From Aeropyrum pernix K1 (GTDB taxonomy: Archaea > Thermoproteota > Thermoprotei_A > Sulfolobales > Acidilobaceae), in contig NC_000854.2 of NCBI RefSeq assembly GCF_000011125.1, positions 510,001-542,000 of the forward strand: a stretch of 32,000 nucleotides of DNA, in the 5' to 3' direction. Each line of letters begins with the position of its first letter. Positions within the stretch are counted from its first letter, which is position 1. The translations under genes were made by a program, and so were the position numbers. Positions 1-8,944 of the stretch are shown piece by piece. Below the pieces are notes generated by a model. The model was not told the DNA's origin. It was given only the letters and a program-made list of their open reading frames with translations, and ran no database searches.

Positions 1-1
1 G

Positions 2-844
2 ATGCCGGGCTGTGTGGAGACGGAGTTCGGCCCTTACAGCCCGCCGAACCTGGATCCGGCGTCATCCAGCGAGGCCGGATTGAAGTGTGCCCAACCGCGT
101 GGAGGCGGTGGCGAAGGGTCTGTGGATGCTGGAGGAGCGGTCTTAACCCTAAACTGGGTGCGGAGGATCGGCGGCCTCACCGTAGGCGGGTCGGAAGGCT
201 TCACCGCCGTAGCCTCCGGGGACGCGGCCCTAATAATACCACACGGCAGCAGCGTCTCAGTCACCCTCCGCACCCCCGCAGCTTCATACAGGGTGGGTAT
301 GCTCTATGGCCTGGCTTTTGAGGAGCCTGTGCTGGGTGGTGAGTATTTCGGCAACCTCATTGTGCTATCGGGCCCGGGGCTGGAGGTTTCTATAGCCTCG
401 CCAGCCGGGGCCAGAGTGAGCCTCGCCCCCGGTGTTGTTGAGGTTTACACTCGAGAGGCCTTCGCCCTCGTAGGGGAAGGCGTCTCTAGGGGGTTCAAGG
501 CCCTGGTTGAACTGCTGTACAGCTACAGCTTGCTCGACAGGGCTCCGGCCAGGATAGGTAACTTCTACTCTGTAAAGAGCTTCGCCTACATAACCAGGGT
601 TGACGGCCGTGCTATAGAGTTTAAGGCGGCCGCCCTCAAGGGGGCTGGAGGCGGCACGGTCTACCTAAACCCGCCGTTCAGGAGTAGGCTGGTGAAGGTT
701 GAGACGCTCCTCGGCGAGACTGAGATGCCCGGGGGGCCCAGGGTAAGCGTACCGGTTGCAGAGTGCGGCTGCGCGAGGGCTAGGATACACGCTAGCGGGG
801 GCTTGCTAATGAGAATGGTGGAAAGGAGAGGGCCCGGCCTATAG
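2..844 (+). CDS. hypothetical protein (possibly 5'-truncated by the window edge)
   Basis: A 280-codon ORF starts at the left edge, so the ATG at 2 may be internal. No competing long ORF exists on either strand. The product is Gly/Val/Ala-rich and looks beta-rich, with no motif I recognise. Its 3' end overlaps the convergent PDO gene by 6 nt. Confidence 0.55.
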   Translation: MPGCVETEFGPYSPPNLDPASSSEAGLKCAQPRGGGGEGSVDAGGAVLTLNWVRRIGGLTVGGSEGFTAVASGDAALIIPHGSSVSVTLRTPAASYRVGMLYGLAFEEPVLGGEYFGNLIVLSGPGLEVSIASPAGARVSLAPGVVEVYTREAFALVGEGVSRGFKALVELLYSYSLLDRAPARIGNFYSVKSFAYITRVDGRAIEFKAAALKGAGGGTVYLNPPFRSRLVKVETLLGETEMPGGPRVSVPVAECGCARARIHASGGLLMRMVERRGPGL

Positions 845-1570
845 CTCCTCCGCCTCTCCAGCCCTTATGGGCCCCTTGACGGTTAGCCTACCCTCCGCCG
901 CGCTCTTCACGTAGTCCAGGAAGTCCTCCTCGTAGGGCACGCCGACGAAGACTAGGTAGCCGTTTATCGCAATGCTAGGCACGCTCATGACCCCGTACTT
1001 GTCAGCTATATCCGGGTTCTCGTAGGCCTCCACCGCCTCCGAGAGTATGACGGGATTGCCCTGCTTCCACGCCTCATACGCGAACATGTGGGCGAGGAGC
1101 ACTGCGTAGGGGCAGTAGGGGCAGCTCGGCGTGATTATAGTCTCTATGTGAACCCTCCCCTTCAGGCTTTTTAAAGCCTCCTTCGTAGCGTCCTCAAGCC
1201 CTGACTCATCCTCGCTGAGCCTCATTATCACCTCGACTAGAGCCCTGATCTCCTCGCCAGCCGGTATGCCCGTCCACCTGACTTCGCCCCCCAGGAAGGC
1301 TACTGTGGGCACCCTCTCAACCTTAAACTCTGAAAACTTGTCACTATCGCTCTCCCTGTAGTATACGTTAAGCTTAAGCAGTTTCCCCCCATTCCTTGTA
1401 GGAGACTCCTCCTCGAAGAGCTTCATGAGGCGTAGCGTGTCCTCGCAGGTCTCGCACCCGCTCTTAGACAGGAAAACATGAACCTCGACAGGGTTCACCA
1501 TCTCGGCAAGCGTCTCCCTAAGCTCTCGCCTAAAGTCTTCCGACAGGTCAAGCACGTAATACCTAGCCAT
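839..1570 (-). CDS. protein disulfide oxidoreductase (PDO), two thioredoxin-fold units
   Basis: 243 aa. The N-terminal half carries a CETC active site (SKSGCETCED) and the C-terminal half a CPYC site (TPSCPYCPY). This glutaredoxin-like two-unit architecture is typical of archaeal PDOs. Confidence 0.9.
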   Translation of the reverse strand: MARYYVLDLSEDFRRELRETLAEMVNPVEVHVFLSKSGCETCEDTLRLMKLFEEESPTRNGGKLLKLNVYYRESDSDKFSEFKVERVPTVAFLGGEVRWTGIPAGEEIRALVEVIMRLSEDESGLEDATKEALKSLKGRVHIETIITPSCPYCPYAVLLAHMFAYEAWKQGNPVILSEAVEAYENPDIADKYGVMSVPSIAINGYLVFVGVPYEEDFLDYVKSAAEGRLTVKGPIRAGEAEEL

Positions 1571-1594
1571 CGCCCATCTTCCTCCTCATTCACG

Positions 1595-1602
1595 CTATAT
1601 AT
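1595..1602 (-). promoter_or_regulatory. TATA-like box for the PDO gene
   Basis: CTATATAT is centred about 28 nt upstream of the PDO ATG (1570). This spacing fits a leaderless or very short-leader archaeal promoter. Confidence 0.4.
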
Positions 1603-1722
1603 CAAAGCCCTAATCAAGCCATCTTATACCTAAAGGACTTATCTTTTGATATAGTAAAAACGGGTCTACGATGGTGGGCTCTCCGACTGGGACACTAGGG
1701 GGGCCCGGTATATAGGCAAGGA

Positions 1723-1730
1723 TTTATAAT
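1723..1730 (+). promoter_or_regulatory. TATA-like box for the 1794 HTH gene
   Basis: TTTATAAT lies in the divergent intergenic region. The predicted TSS is near 1753, and a GGTGG Shine-Dalgarno-like element sits just before the ATG at 1794. Confidence 0.35.
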
Positions 1731-1793
1731 GACTCTACGCACTTTTCTTAAACATGGGTTAAAGAGCGGCTCTTCTAAGCGGGATGGTGGGTC

Positions 1794-2183
1794 ATGCACC
1801 AGAAAATAGAACTACCCTGTGAATATGCAGCTAAGAATATATTCCCGTCGATACGTGCAAGCATAGCAAAGATACTAGTAGAGGAGTATAAGATGAGCAA
1901 GTATAGCGTTGCTAAGATGCTTGGCGCCACGCCGACTGCCGTTTCATACTATATATCCGGCAAAAGAGGTGAGAAGTTCGTCGACAGGATAATTCGCGAC
2001 GAGGAGATCTACAGCATAGTGCGAGAAGCCGCCTCCCTACTAGTGGAGGCGCACGAGAGGGAGGAGAAGAGTGACGAGAAGGAGCTAATGGGGAAGCTGC
2101 AGGTGTTAATGTGTAAGGCCTGCAGCAGGCTCAACATGCTTGCCCAAAAGTACGGATGCCCTGCCCTTATGTTCACCAGGTAG
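1794..2183 (+). CDS. small HTH DNA-binding protein (predicted archaeal transcriptional regulator)
   Basis: 129 aa. The helix-turn-helix stretch is MSKYSVAKMLGATPTAVSYYISGKRG, and the C-terminus has a CKAC...C cysteine motif. The gene is divergent from PDO. Confidence 0.6.
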   Translation: MHQKIELPCEYAAKNIFPSIRASIAKILVEEYKMSKYSVAKMLGATPTAVSYYISGKRGEKFVDRIIRDEEIYSIVREAASLLVEAHEREEKSDEKELMGKLQVLMCKACSRLNMLAQKYGCPALMFTR

Positions 2184-2299
2184 CGCTTAATCACACACCC
2201 CACATCTAGTTCGTGACGGACTAAAAGTTTGAGATTGGATTAGCTTTGCACGGTAGCAGTGGCAATGGAGATGTTCGCCTAGGCATGGTCCCTAGTTTC

Positions 2300-3247
2300 T
2301 CACCATGCTACAAATCCTGTGTGCTCTCCATGTTCTGGCTGGACTGTTGCTATGCATTCATTCAGGAACTCCTTTATATCGTCAGTAACTATGCTCTCTA
2401 GCTTGCAATTGAGGAACGCGGCTTGACTATTAAAATAGGGTGCGCCCAGTCTGGAGAACAAGGTAACAACAGATCCCCCGTGGTTGAGTTTGTACCCCCT
2501 CATAGCAGGCTCGTGACCCCTTACTATACGCTTAATATTGAGCGATCTTGCCATATGAACTGTCACCCCAGGTCCCCAAAGGCTGCCTACTCCCCGAGGG
2601 TTCGGCGCCCTAATTATGTCAAGCTCTGCTGGGTCGTTCCACAGTATCTCTGCTATAACCTCAGGATCTCCGTCGGAGCCGAGGTAGAGTGCAGGGTCTC
2701 TCGACGCCGTTTCAAGGTTTATAGTCGGTGGGCCTCCGTGGAGCATGAGGAGGGCTCCCTCGACTAGTATGGCGTGGGGCAGGCTGTCGAATAGCTTTCT
2801 TGACAGGCTGTAGAGCCTCCTGCCATCGCTCCCGTAGACTGTCTGGAGGGCTAGGGGGTAGTCGTGCGGCATGGGCTCTAAGCCCTCGGGGGGTTCGTGG
2901 TTGCCCCTGAGCATGACAACTCTCCCTGGGTACTCCTTGGTGAGCCTGCAGAGCCTGTAGATGGTGAGAACCTGGCCCTCAGGAGTGCCACGGTCTATAT
3001 AGTCGCCCAGGAGAAACATGTACCCCCCTCCTTCTAGGGTTTGGAGCGAGCGCTCAACTATAGTGCTGAACGTCGTGTAGTCGCCGTGTATGTCTCCCAC
3101 GATTACTAGGCTGTCACTCCGGTTGAGCCTCAGAAGTATTACCCCACCTCTTTTCTCGAAATACGCAGCCTTGAGCGGCGGCTCCCTTGAGTATAGGGAC
3201 AGGTGTTCCAGACAGTGTGCGAATTCCTCCCTGCTCGGCAGGCTCAA
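2300..3247 (-). CDS. PPP-family serine/threonine protein phosphatase (metallophosphoesterase)
   Basis: 315 aa with the three canonical PPP motifs in order: GDIHGD, GDYIDRG and RGNHE. A downstream HGG and a GH follow. Confidence 0.85.
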   Translation of the reverse strand: MSLPSREEFAHCLEHLSLYSREPPLKAAYFEKRGGVILLRLNRSDSLVIVGDIHGDYTTFSTIVERSLQTLEGGGYMFLLGDYIDRGTPEGQVLTIYRLCRLTKEYPGRVVMLRGNHEPPEGLEPMPHDYPLALQTVYGSDGRRLYSLSRKLFDSLPHAILVEGALLMLHGGPPTINLETASRDPALYLGSDGDPEVIAEILWNDPAELDIIRAPNPRGVGSLWGPGVTVHMARSLNIKRIVRGHEPAMRGYKLNHGGSVVTLFSRLGAPYFNSQAAFLNCKLESIVTDDIKEFLNECIATVQPEHGEHTGFVAW

Positions 3248-3254
3248 AGCCTCG

Positions 3255-3298
3255 CCCCAAGCTAAATTGCTTTTAGCCTATTTAAATATTGCTTGGGG
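3255..3298. promoter_or_regulatory. 8-bp perfect inverted repeat (CCCCAAGC / GCTTGGGG) bracketing a palindromic TATA-like box ATTTAAAT
   Basis: The arms lie at 3255-3262 and 3291-3298, with a 28-nt AT-rich spacer between them. The repeat sits in the divergent promoter region between the phosphatase gene (start 3247) and the HTH gene (start 3376). Confidence 0.35.
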
Positions 3299-3375
3299 AT
3301 ATATCATTAATATGTGGAAACGGTCGGGATGGATTGTGAAGGTCTAGGTGCTGGGCCTTAGCCGGGGGGCAGCTG

Positions 3376-4365
3376 ATGGTGCAGGGTCTGCCAGGGGAGT
3401 TCGAGGACTATCTCTACAGGGTTATAGCTTCGCTATATAGGTATGCTGAGAGGCTTGTGGTTGTAGACTATCCAAGCAGCCCTACCAGGCGGAGTATAGA
3501 CTTAATAGTCAGCCTCCCCGGCTCCAGGGTTGTGCTTATAAAGGCGATCTACGACGCGTCGCTCATATCGAAGAAGGAAGTGGAGGAGCTATCGGCCGTA
3601 GCCAATAGTTTAGGAGTATCGGCCGTCATAATAGCTGAGAGGATGGGTAGGGAGGACCTGCTCACCGGCGTAGTCTACGACAGGTATGGGGTGAATATGG
3701 TTAACCTCGAGACCTTTGAAAACTTTGTCTCTGGAAGGGAGGAGGTGTACGTCACAAGATACAAGGACATATACACTGTTAGCATAAGCAGCGAGAAGCT
3801 TAGGGAGAAGAGGCTGGAGAAAGGACTCAGCCTAGGCCACCTGGCGTATATGCTCAAGACATCCAGAAAGAGCATATACGAGTACGAAAGGGGCGTAATG
3901 TCTCCTTCCGTAGAAAAGGCGGAGAAGCTAGTAGACATACTCGGGGAAGAGATTCTCGAGCCCATAGACATCCTCACCAGCCCTAGGAAGCCGGTTTCTA
4001 AGAGGGACTTCGACAAGCCGGAGGAAGCTCTGGTTGGCGAAAAGCTTCTGGAGCTAGGCTTCAAGGTATCCCACGCAAAAAGAACGGTCGTGGACCTCGT
4101 TGCCGGCAGGAGCGGGGAGGAGGGTGTGGGCAGCAGGATCATGATAGTTGTGAAACGGAGCCGGGAGGGTAGGGAGAGGATGATGAGCAGGATAATGAAG
4201 GGAGTTAAGATGGGCAGCATACTCTCCAGCAGTCTCTACGCTGTGGTGAACAGGGAGGAGAAGAGCCTGATAAAAGACATAGATTATACAAAGACGATCG
4301 TGAAGGACGTTAGAGAATTTATCAACGATGTTAGCAGGGGGAGAGTGGAGGAGAATGAGGAGTAG
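3376..4365 (+). CDS. archaeal putative HTH-type transcriptional regulatory protein (COG1395-like: N-terminal domain + central XRE-type HTH + C-terminal domain)
   Basis: 329 aa. The central XRE HTH is LREKRLEKGLSLGHLAYMLKTSRKSIYEYERGVMSPSVEKAEKLVDILG. The architecture matches the conserved archaeal family of putative HTH-type regulators. Confidence 0.75.
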   Translation: MVQGLPGEFEDYLYRVIASLYRYAERLVVVDYPSSPTRRSIDLIVSLPGSRVVLIKAIYDASLISKKEVEELSAVANSLGVSAVIIAERMGREDLLTGVVYDRYGVNMVNLETFENFVSGREEVYVTRYKDIYTVSISSEKLREKRLEKGLSLGHLAYMLKTSRKSIYEYERGVMSPSVEKAEKLVDILGEEILEPIDILTSPRKPVSKRDFDKPEEALVGEKLLELGFKVSHAKRTVVDLVAGRSGEEGVGSRIMIVVKRSREGRERMMSRIMKGVKMGSILSSSLYAVVNREEKSLIKDIDYTKTIVKDVREFINDVSRGRVEENEE

Positions 4366-4486
4366 GTTATAGCGGCCCCCTCCGCAAAAATCAAAAGTGA
4401 AACACACTATCCTATAGACTGTAAGTAAAAACGCTCTATACTCTCCTCTCCCAACACACGCATCACATAGTTTTAGTCTTCACACC

Positions 4487-5131
4487 ATGTTTAGTAGAGG
4501 GGCTAGCACCATGCAGTCCAGGGAGCTTCGTGAACAGCTTTTAGGGTGCGTTAAATCTAGGAAGTCTCTGCATGTTACTGGCCCACCTGGCTCGGGTAAA
4601 AGCACCTTCGTTTCCAGGCTAGCGGAGGCATTGCGAGTTAAGGGCTGTAGGCTTGGGGGTTTTATGGCGCCTGAGGTAAGGAGGGGTGGTAGGCGTGTTG
4701 CCTTCAAGATAGTGGATATCGCCAGCGGGGAGGAGGGTTATCTTGCTGTTGCCGACGAGAGTCTTGCGGCGCCGGGTGGTAGGCGTGCGAGGCATGGGAG
4801 ATATCTTGTGCTGGTTGACGAGGCTTGGCGTGTCATGTCCCATGCCATCCGTAATGCCTTTGAGCATGCTGACATCATAATTGTCGACGAGATAGGTCCT
4901 ATGGAGCTCGCGGTTCCAGGTTTTAGGGAGGCGCTTACCGAGATCCTAGATTCCGGGAAGCCGTTGGTAACAGTTTTCCATAGGAGGCTGAGGACTCTAG
5001 ACCCGGGGCTGTATAAGCTGTTGGAGAGGGGCTGTATAGTGTGGCTGGACGAGAGGAATAGAGGCCCTCTTATAAGATTGGTGAGTGAAATTGCCAGTGC
5101 CCTCTCCAATGAGGCTTGCGGTAACTCATGA
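4487..5131 (+). CDS. nucleoside-triphosphatase, THEP1 family
   Basis: Walker A is GPPGSGKST, Walker B is [12 protein letters not shown], and the length is about 200 aa. An alternative ATG at 4511 is possible. The 3' end overlaps the trm1 start. Confidence 0.8.
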
Positions 5132-6314
5132 GGGTAGGAGTATAATCTACATACCCAGCCCAGAGTACGCTGTAGCCTCTGGTAGGCTAGAGCCCGCGTG
5201 GCTGGAGGTCTTCTACAACCCCGCCATGGAGTTTAACAGGGATGTAAGCGTAGTCGCCGCATCCGCCCTGAGGAGGACGGGTTTGCTGACGAGGTCTGGC
5301 GTAGCGTTCGACGCCCACGCGGGGGTCGGTGTGAGGGGCGTGAGGTATGCTGTTGAGGCGGGTTACGTGAAGGTGATAATGAACGATATAAACCCTAAGG
5401 CTTCAATGCTGGCAGCGCTCAACGCCAGAGCGAACGGTCTAGAGCCGGGCTCCTACATGATATTCAACAAGGAGTCCAACAGCCTGATGTTCCACCTTTC
5501 CAGGGAGAGGCCCACGCCTGTTTCCCTTATAGATATAGACCCCTACGGCTCGCCCGCGCCCTTCGTAGACGCTGCTCTCGCCCTCTCTGGTAAGGGGACC
5601 GTGGTCGCCATGACCGCTACCGATCTTGCCGTGCTCGAGGGAGGGAAGGCTAGGGCGGCGGTGAGGAGGTACATGCTGAGGAGCGTCTCAAAAACTCCCG
5701 TCTCCAAGGAGACCGGGTTGAGGGTGCTCCTGGGGTATGTGGCTAGGGTTGCTGCAGCGCACGACAAGGCTGTGAAGCCGCTGCTGGCATACTATGCGGA
5801 CCATTATTACAGGGTGTATGTGGCGGTGGAGCGGGGGGCTAGGCGGTCCGACTCCATGCTGGAGGAGAACCTTGGCAGGCTAGTCTACTGCCCCGAGACC
5901 GGCGTGGCGCTAGCCCTCTCTTACGCCGAGGACCCCGCTAGCGCGTGTGGCGGATCCTATGTGGTGGCAGCAGATCCTGCTTGGATAGGAAGCCTGGGAG
6001 ACCAGGCTTTCCTTGAGGCTATGCTTAACATAGCGGTTGAGGCGGTATGGTTGGGCACCCGCCCGAGGGTGGAAAAGCTTCTGAACACTCTGCATGGTGA
6101 GGCCCCCCTCTCCCCGAGGAGCATATATGTGTCGCTGACCAGCGTAGCATCAAAGGCCAGAGTGAACACTCCTAAGAAGAGCAAGGTCGTGGAATTGCTG
6201 AGGAGTATGGGGTATAGGGCTGTGGCGACACACTTTTCGGGTGAGGGCGTCAGGACTGACGCGCCTTGGGGTGAGGTGCTGGAGGCTGTTGTGAAACTAG
6301 GCTCTAGCGGATAG
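5085..6314 (+). CDS. trm1: tRNA (guanine(26)-N2)-dimethyltransferase Trm1
   Basis: Family signatures [14 protein letters not shown] and [14 protein letters not shown] are present. The ORF opens at GTG 5085, but ATG 5109 (MRLAVTHEG...) is the more likely start and gives a 23-nt overlap with the upstream NTPase gene. Confidence 0.85.
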
Positions 6315-6321
6315 GAGGCGT

Positions 6322-6744
6322 CTACCTGCCGTGCACCCACTCGTCAATCAGGCGGCAGCTCTCAGGGCTGTAGAAGCCTCCCTCGCCACACTCGTCTATG
6401 TAGGGGCACACGACGCATGGTATGTCGAGTATGGATCCGATGTCGACTATTATGTTTAGCTTCTTCCTATCAGTCGGCTCTGCGGGAAAGAGCCTGTACG
6501 TTTTCCTACCGTTGATGACAACCTGCTCCCTCCGTATTATTCCCTTCCTTGCTAGGCGCAGGACTATACGCGAGCCTTCGCGGCTGTCGAGGCCCAGCAG
6601 CTTCCAGAGTTCGCTCTGCAGTATACCCTCAGTCTGCTTTATGAGTTCTAGCGCACGCTTTTCGTAAACCTCAACGTTTCTAACCATTCCCTGTTGAGCA
6701 CCTCGCCTAGCAGCTCGTGAGGTTCGAGCGTTACCAGTATACAT
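6322..6744 (-). CDS. winged-helix protein with C-terminal 4-Cys (Fe-S type) domain, TFE-beta / RPC34-like
   Basis: The winged-helix segment is LQSELWKLLGLDSREGSRIVLRLARKGIIRRE, followed by CVVCPYIDEC...C (C-x2-C-x5-C-x11-C). This matches the architecture described for crenarchaeal TFE-beta. The internal ATG at 6687 (MVRNVEVYEK) may be the true start. Confidence 0.55.
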   Translation of the reverse strand: MYTGNARTSRAARRGAQQGMVRNVEVYEKRALELIKQTEGILQSELWKLLGLDSREGSRIVLRLARKGIIRREQVVINGRKTYRLFPAEPTDRKKLNIIVDIGSILDIPCVVCPYIDECGEGGFYSPESCRLIDEWVHGR

Positions 6745-6951
6745 TGAAAAGCGCGAAACTCTATAAATCTTAGTTACATCTAAACCGCGGTATCATTACA
6801 CGGCCGGGGGGAACGATGCCATGTTTCCACGAGGAACCTAAATCCTTGTTTAAATTGTGACCTAGGTGGACGGCTGGAATTCAACTTTTAGCTTATCGCT
6901 GCGTTCTGCTTAATTACTCTACTTTGATTTTAGGTCTACTGGGGTGTTGGG

Positions 6952-8844
6952 TTGAAGGCCTGGGAGATTGCTAGGAAGCCAAGGGTTGTAGTGTATCCTG
7001 GCGACCCGCTGACATATGTGAGGGCCATGATGAGGCGTGAGGAGGAGCCGATAGCTGTTGTTGTTGTTGAGAGTGAGAAGAGCGAGAAGGTTGTAGGCTA
7101 TATTACGTGGAACGAGGTCATACAGGTGACAAGCCACTACTCACACCTGCGCGCCAAGGACGCGATGCTAGATTATCCTGTGGCCTTTAAGGATGACGAC
7201 ATCGGAGATGTTTACAAGAGGATGGTTGAGGAGAAGGTCTACGCCATCCCTGTTCTCGAGTCGAGGGATAACCCAAACCTGGTTGGCGTGGTGACTGTAG
7301 CAGATATAGTTAGGGCTCTAAGGAGGGCGGGCTTCAAGCCTATGGCCGAGACTGTAGCCGAGGTCATGACTGTGGAGGACCTAGACCGCTACCTGGCGGA
7401 GCCGGGGGAGAGAGTTGACAGGGTTTGGAGCGATCTAGTGTATAGGAGGATGCCGGGCAAGATAGTCGTTAGGAGCAGGGAGGAGCCCGTGCCATGGGGT
7501 CTCGTGTCCCCCCGCGAGTTCGTATCGACTAGTAGATGGTTCTTCCATAGGGAGAGCGAGCGTGGGTTAAAGACTGTTGCCAAGGTTAGGAGGATCATGT
7601 TGAGAGGAGTTCCCGTAGCCACGCCTGAGACTCCGATAGAATATGTTGCAGACGTTATGGCGGAGCATGATTACACCGTGTTGCCTGTTATAGATGAGAA
7701 GGAGGGCCGAGTCGTCGGAGTGGTAACTATATTCGACGTGGCAAGGGCCTACATCGAGGGCGCCAAGCCTGGCAGGGTGAGGCCTGTAGCCAGGCCGGTC
7801 GTGCCGATAGAGGTTAAGCCTGAGGAGAGGGTGGCCTACGTTAGCACCGAGAGGATGCTGCAGCAGGTTATGGTTGAGAGGCCGCAGCCGGTGGAGATAG
7901 CTGGTCTCACGGCCTCAGAGATAGCTAGGAGCGAGCTGCCAGCTATCACTGTGAACGATAGCATCGAGCACGCGAGGAGAGTGATGCTCAGGTACAGGTC
8001 AAACTATGTCCTTGTGGTTGACGAGGACGGGAACATAAAGGGGGTTGTGTCTAAGTGGAGTATGCTTAAGGCCATAGGCCTGAGAGGCCCGCTCTGGAGG
8101 AGAAGGGTCTATGACAAGTTCTTCATAGACTTCGTTATGGACACTAATATCGAGAGGATCAAGCCTGATGCTAGTATAGAGGAAGTTGCTCTGAAGATGG
8201 CGTCCTCTAGGAGTGAGGTTGTGATAGTTGAGGGTGATGACGGCAAGCCGATTGGCTTCATAACAAAGGACGATCTAGTGGAGGCATACAAGAGGCTGAT
8301 GGCCGGGCGGTCGAAGGTTGAGAACATCATGACTCCAGGCCGTATAGGCATAGTGCATCCGCACCATAGCCTGTATCATGCCGTAAACAAGATGCACAAC
8401 TTCTACCTCGACGCTTTAACGGTCTACGACGGCCGCGAGGTCATAGGTGTCGTGTCCGCCAATAGACTTCCCTTCGTGGCTTACGAGGACGCTATGGGTA
8501 GGAAGTCTAGAAGGCTGATCTGGGTTAGAAAGCTTGTTAAAGGCTCTGCCAGAAGGGGCAGGTACGTGAAGGTGCTGCCACTGGTGGTGCTCGACGTTAC
8601 AACAGAGCTCAGAGGAGTCTACGTCAGTCCGGACGACGACGTTGTAAAAGCCATAGAGCTTATGGAGAAGTACAACGTGGACGGTATACCAGTCGTTGAC
8701 AAGGATGGACGCGTCCTAGGGGTTGTCACAAAGACCGACGTGGTGAGAGAGCTAGCGAGAACAGCCAGGATAAGGATCGAGAGGGGCCTTCCCACCCGCG
8801 TGGAAGAGAGTAGAAGGGAGGAAGAGGCGGCCAAGGCAGGCTGA
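6952..8844 (+). CDS. stand-alone multi-CBS protein (eight CBS motifs = four Bateman modules)
   Basis: 630 aa with a TTG start. Eight successive units of about 55-60 aa each end in the CBS-typical hydrophobic-G-hydrophobic-hydrophobic-T/S-x-x-D pattern, for example VGVVTVADIVRAL, VGVVTIFDVARAY, KGVVSKWSMLKAI, IGFITKDDLVEAY and LGVVTKTDVVREL. No other domain is evident. Confidence 0.85.
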   Translation: MKAWEIARKPRVVVYPGDPLTYVRAMMRREEEPIAVVVVESEKSEKVVGYITWNEVIQVTSHYSHLRAKDAMLDYPVAFKDDDIGDVYKRMVEEKVYAIPVLESRDNPNLVGVVTVADIVRALRRAGFKPMAETVAEVMTVEDLDRYLAEPGERVDRVWSDLVYRRMPGKIVVRSREEPVPWGLVSPREFVSTSRWFFHRESERGLKTVAKVRRIMLRGVPVATPETPIEYVADVMAEHDYTVLPVIDEKEGRVVGVVTIFDVARAYIEGAKPGRVRPVARPVVPIEVKPEERVAYVSTERMLQQVMVERPQPVEIAGLTASEIARSELPAITVNDSIEHARRVMLRYRSNYVLVVDEDGNIKGVVSKWSMLKAIGLRGPLWRRRVYDKFFIDFVMDTNIERIKPDASIEEVALKMASSRSEVVIVEGDDGKPIGFITKDDLVEAYKRLMAGRSKVENIMTPGRIGIVHPHHSLYHAVNKMHNFYLDALTVYDGREVIGVVSANRLPFVAYEDAMGRKSRRLIWVRKLVKGSARRGRYVKVLPLVVLDVTTELRGVYVSPDDDVVKAIELMEKYNVDGIPVVDKDGRVLGVVTKTDVVRELARTARIRIERGLPTRVEESRREEEAAKAG

Positions 8845-8876
8845 AGAACCGCCACACCACACACTTCATCTGTCGG

Positions 8877-8888
8877 TTTTAATTTTTT
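8877..8888 (+). terminator. oligo-T terminator candidate after the CBS gene
   Basis: TTTTAATTTTTT lies 33 nt after the stop codon. Archaeal RNAP terminates at T-runs. Confidence 0.45.
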
Positions 8889-8912
8889 CCCACCGCCAAG
8901 ACGTGTTATAGC

Positions 8913-8921
8913 TTCTATAAA
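8913..8921 (+). promoter_or_regulatory. TATA-like box for gar1
   Basis: TTCTATAAA is centred about 27 nt upstream of the ATG at 8945. This fits a leaderless transcript starting at that ATG. Confidence 0.45.
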
Positions 8922-8944
8922 CTGCGGCCCTGTAATACCTTAGA

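Noticed and set aside
3675-4407. Minus-strand ORFs of 181 and 117 aa antisense to the COG1395 HTH gene.
   Set aside because: They are embedded in a well-supported plus-strand gene. Their Ser/Leu/Pro-rich composition is typical of antisense frames, and no motifs are present.
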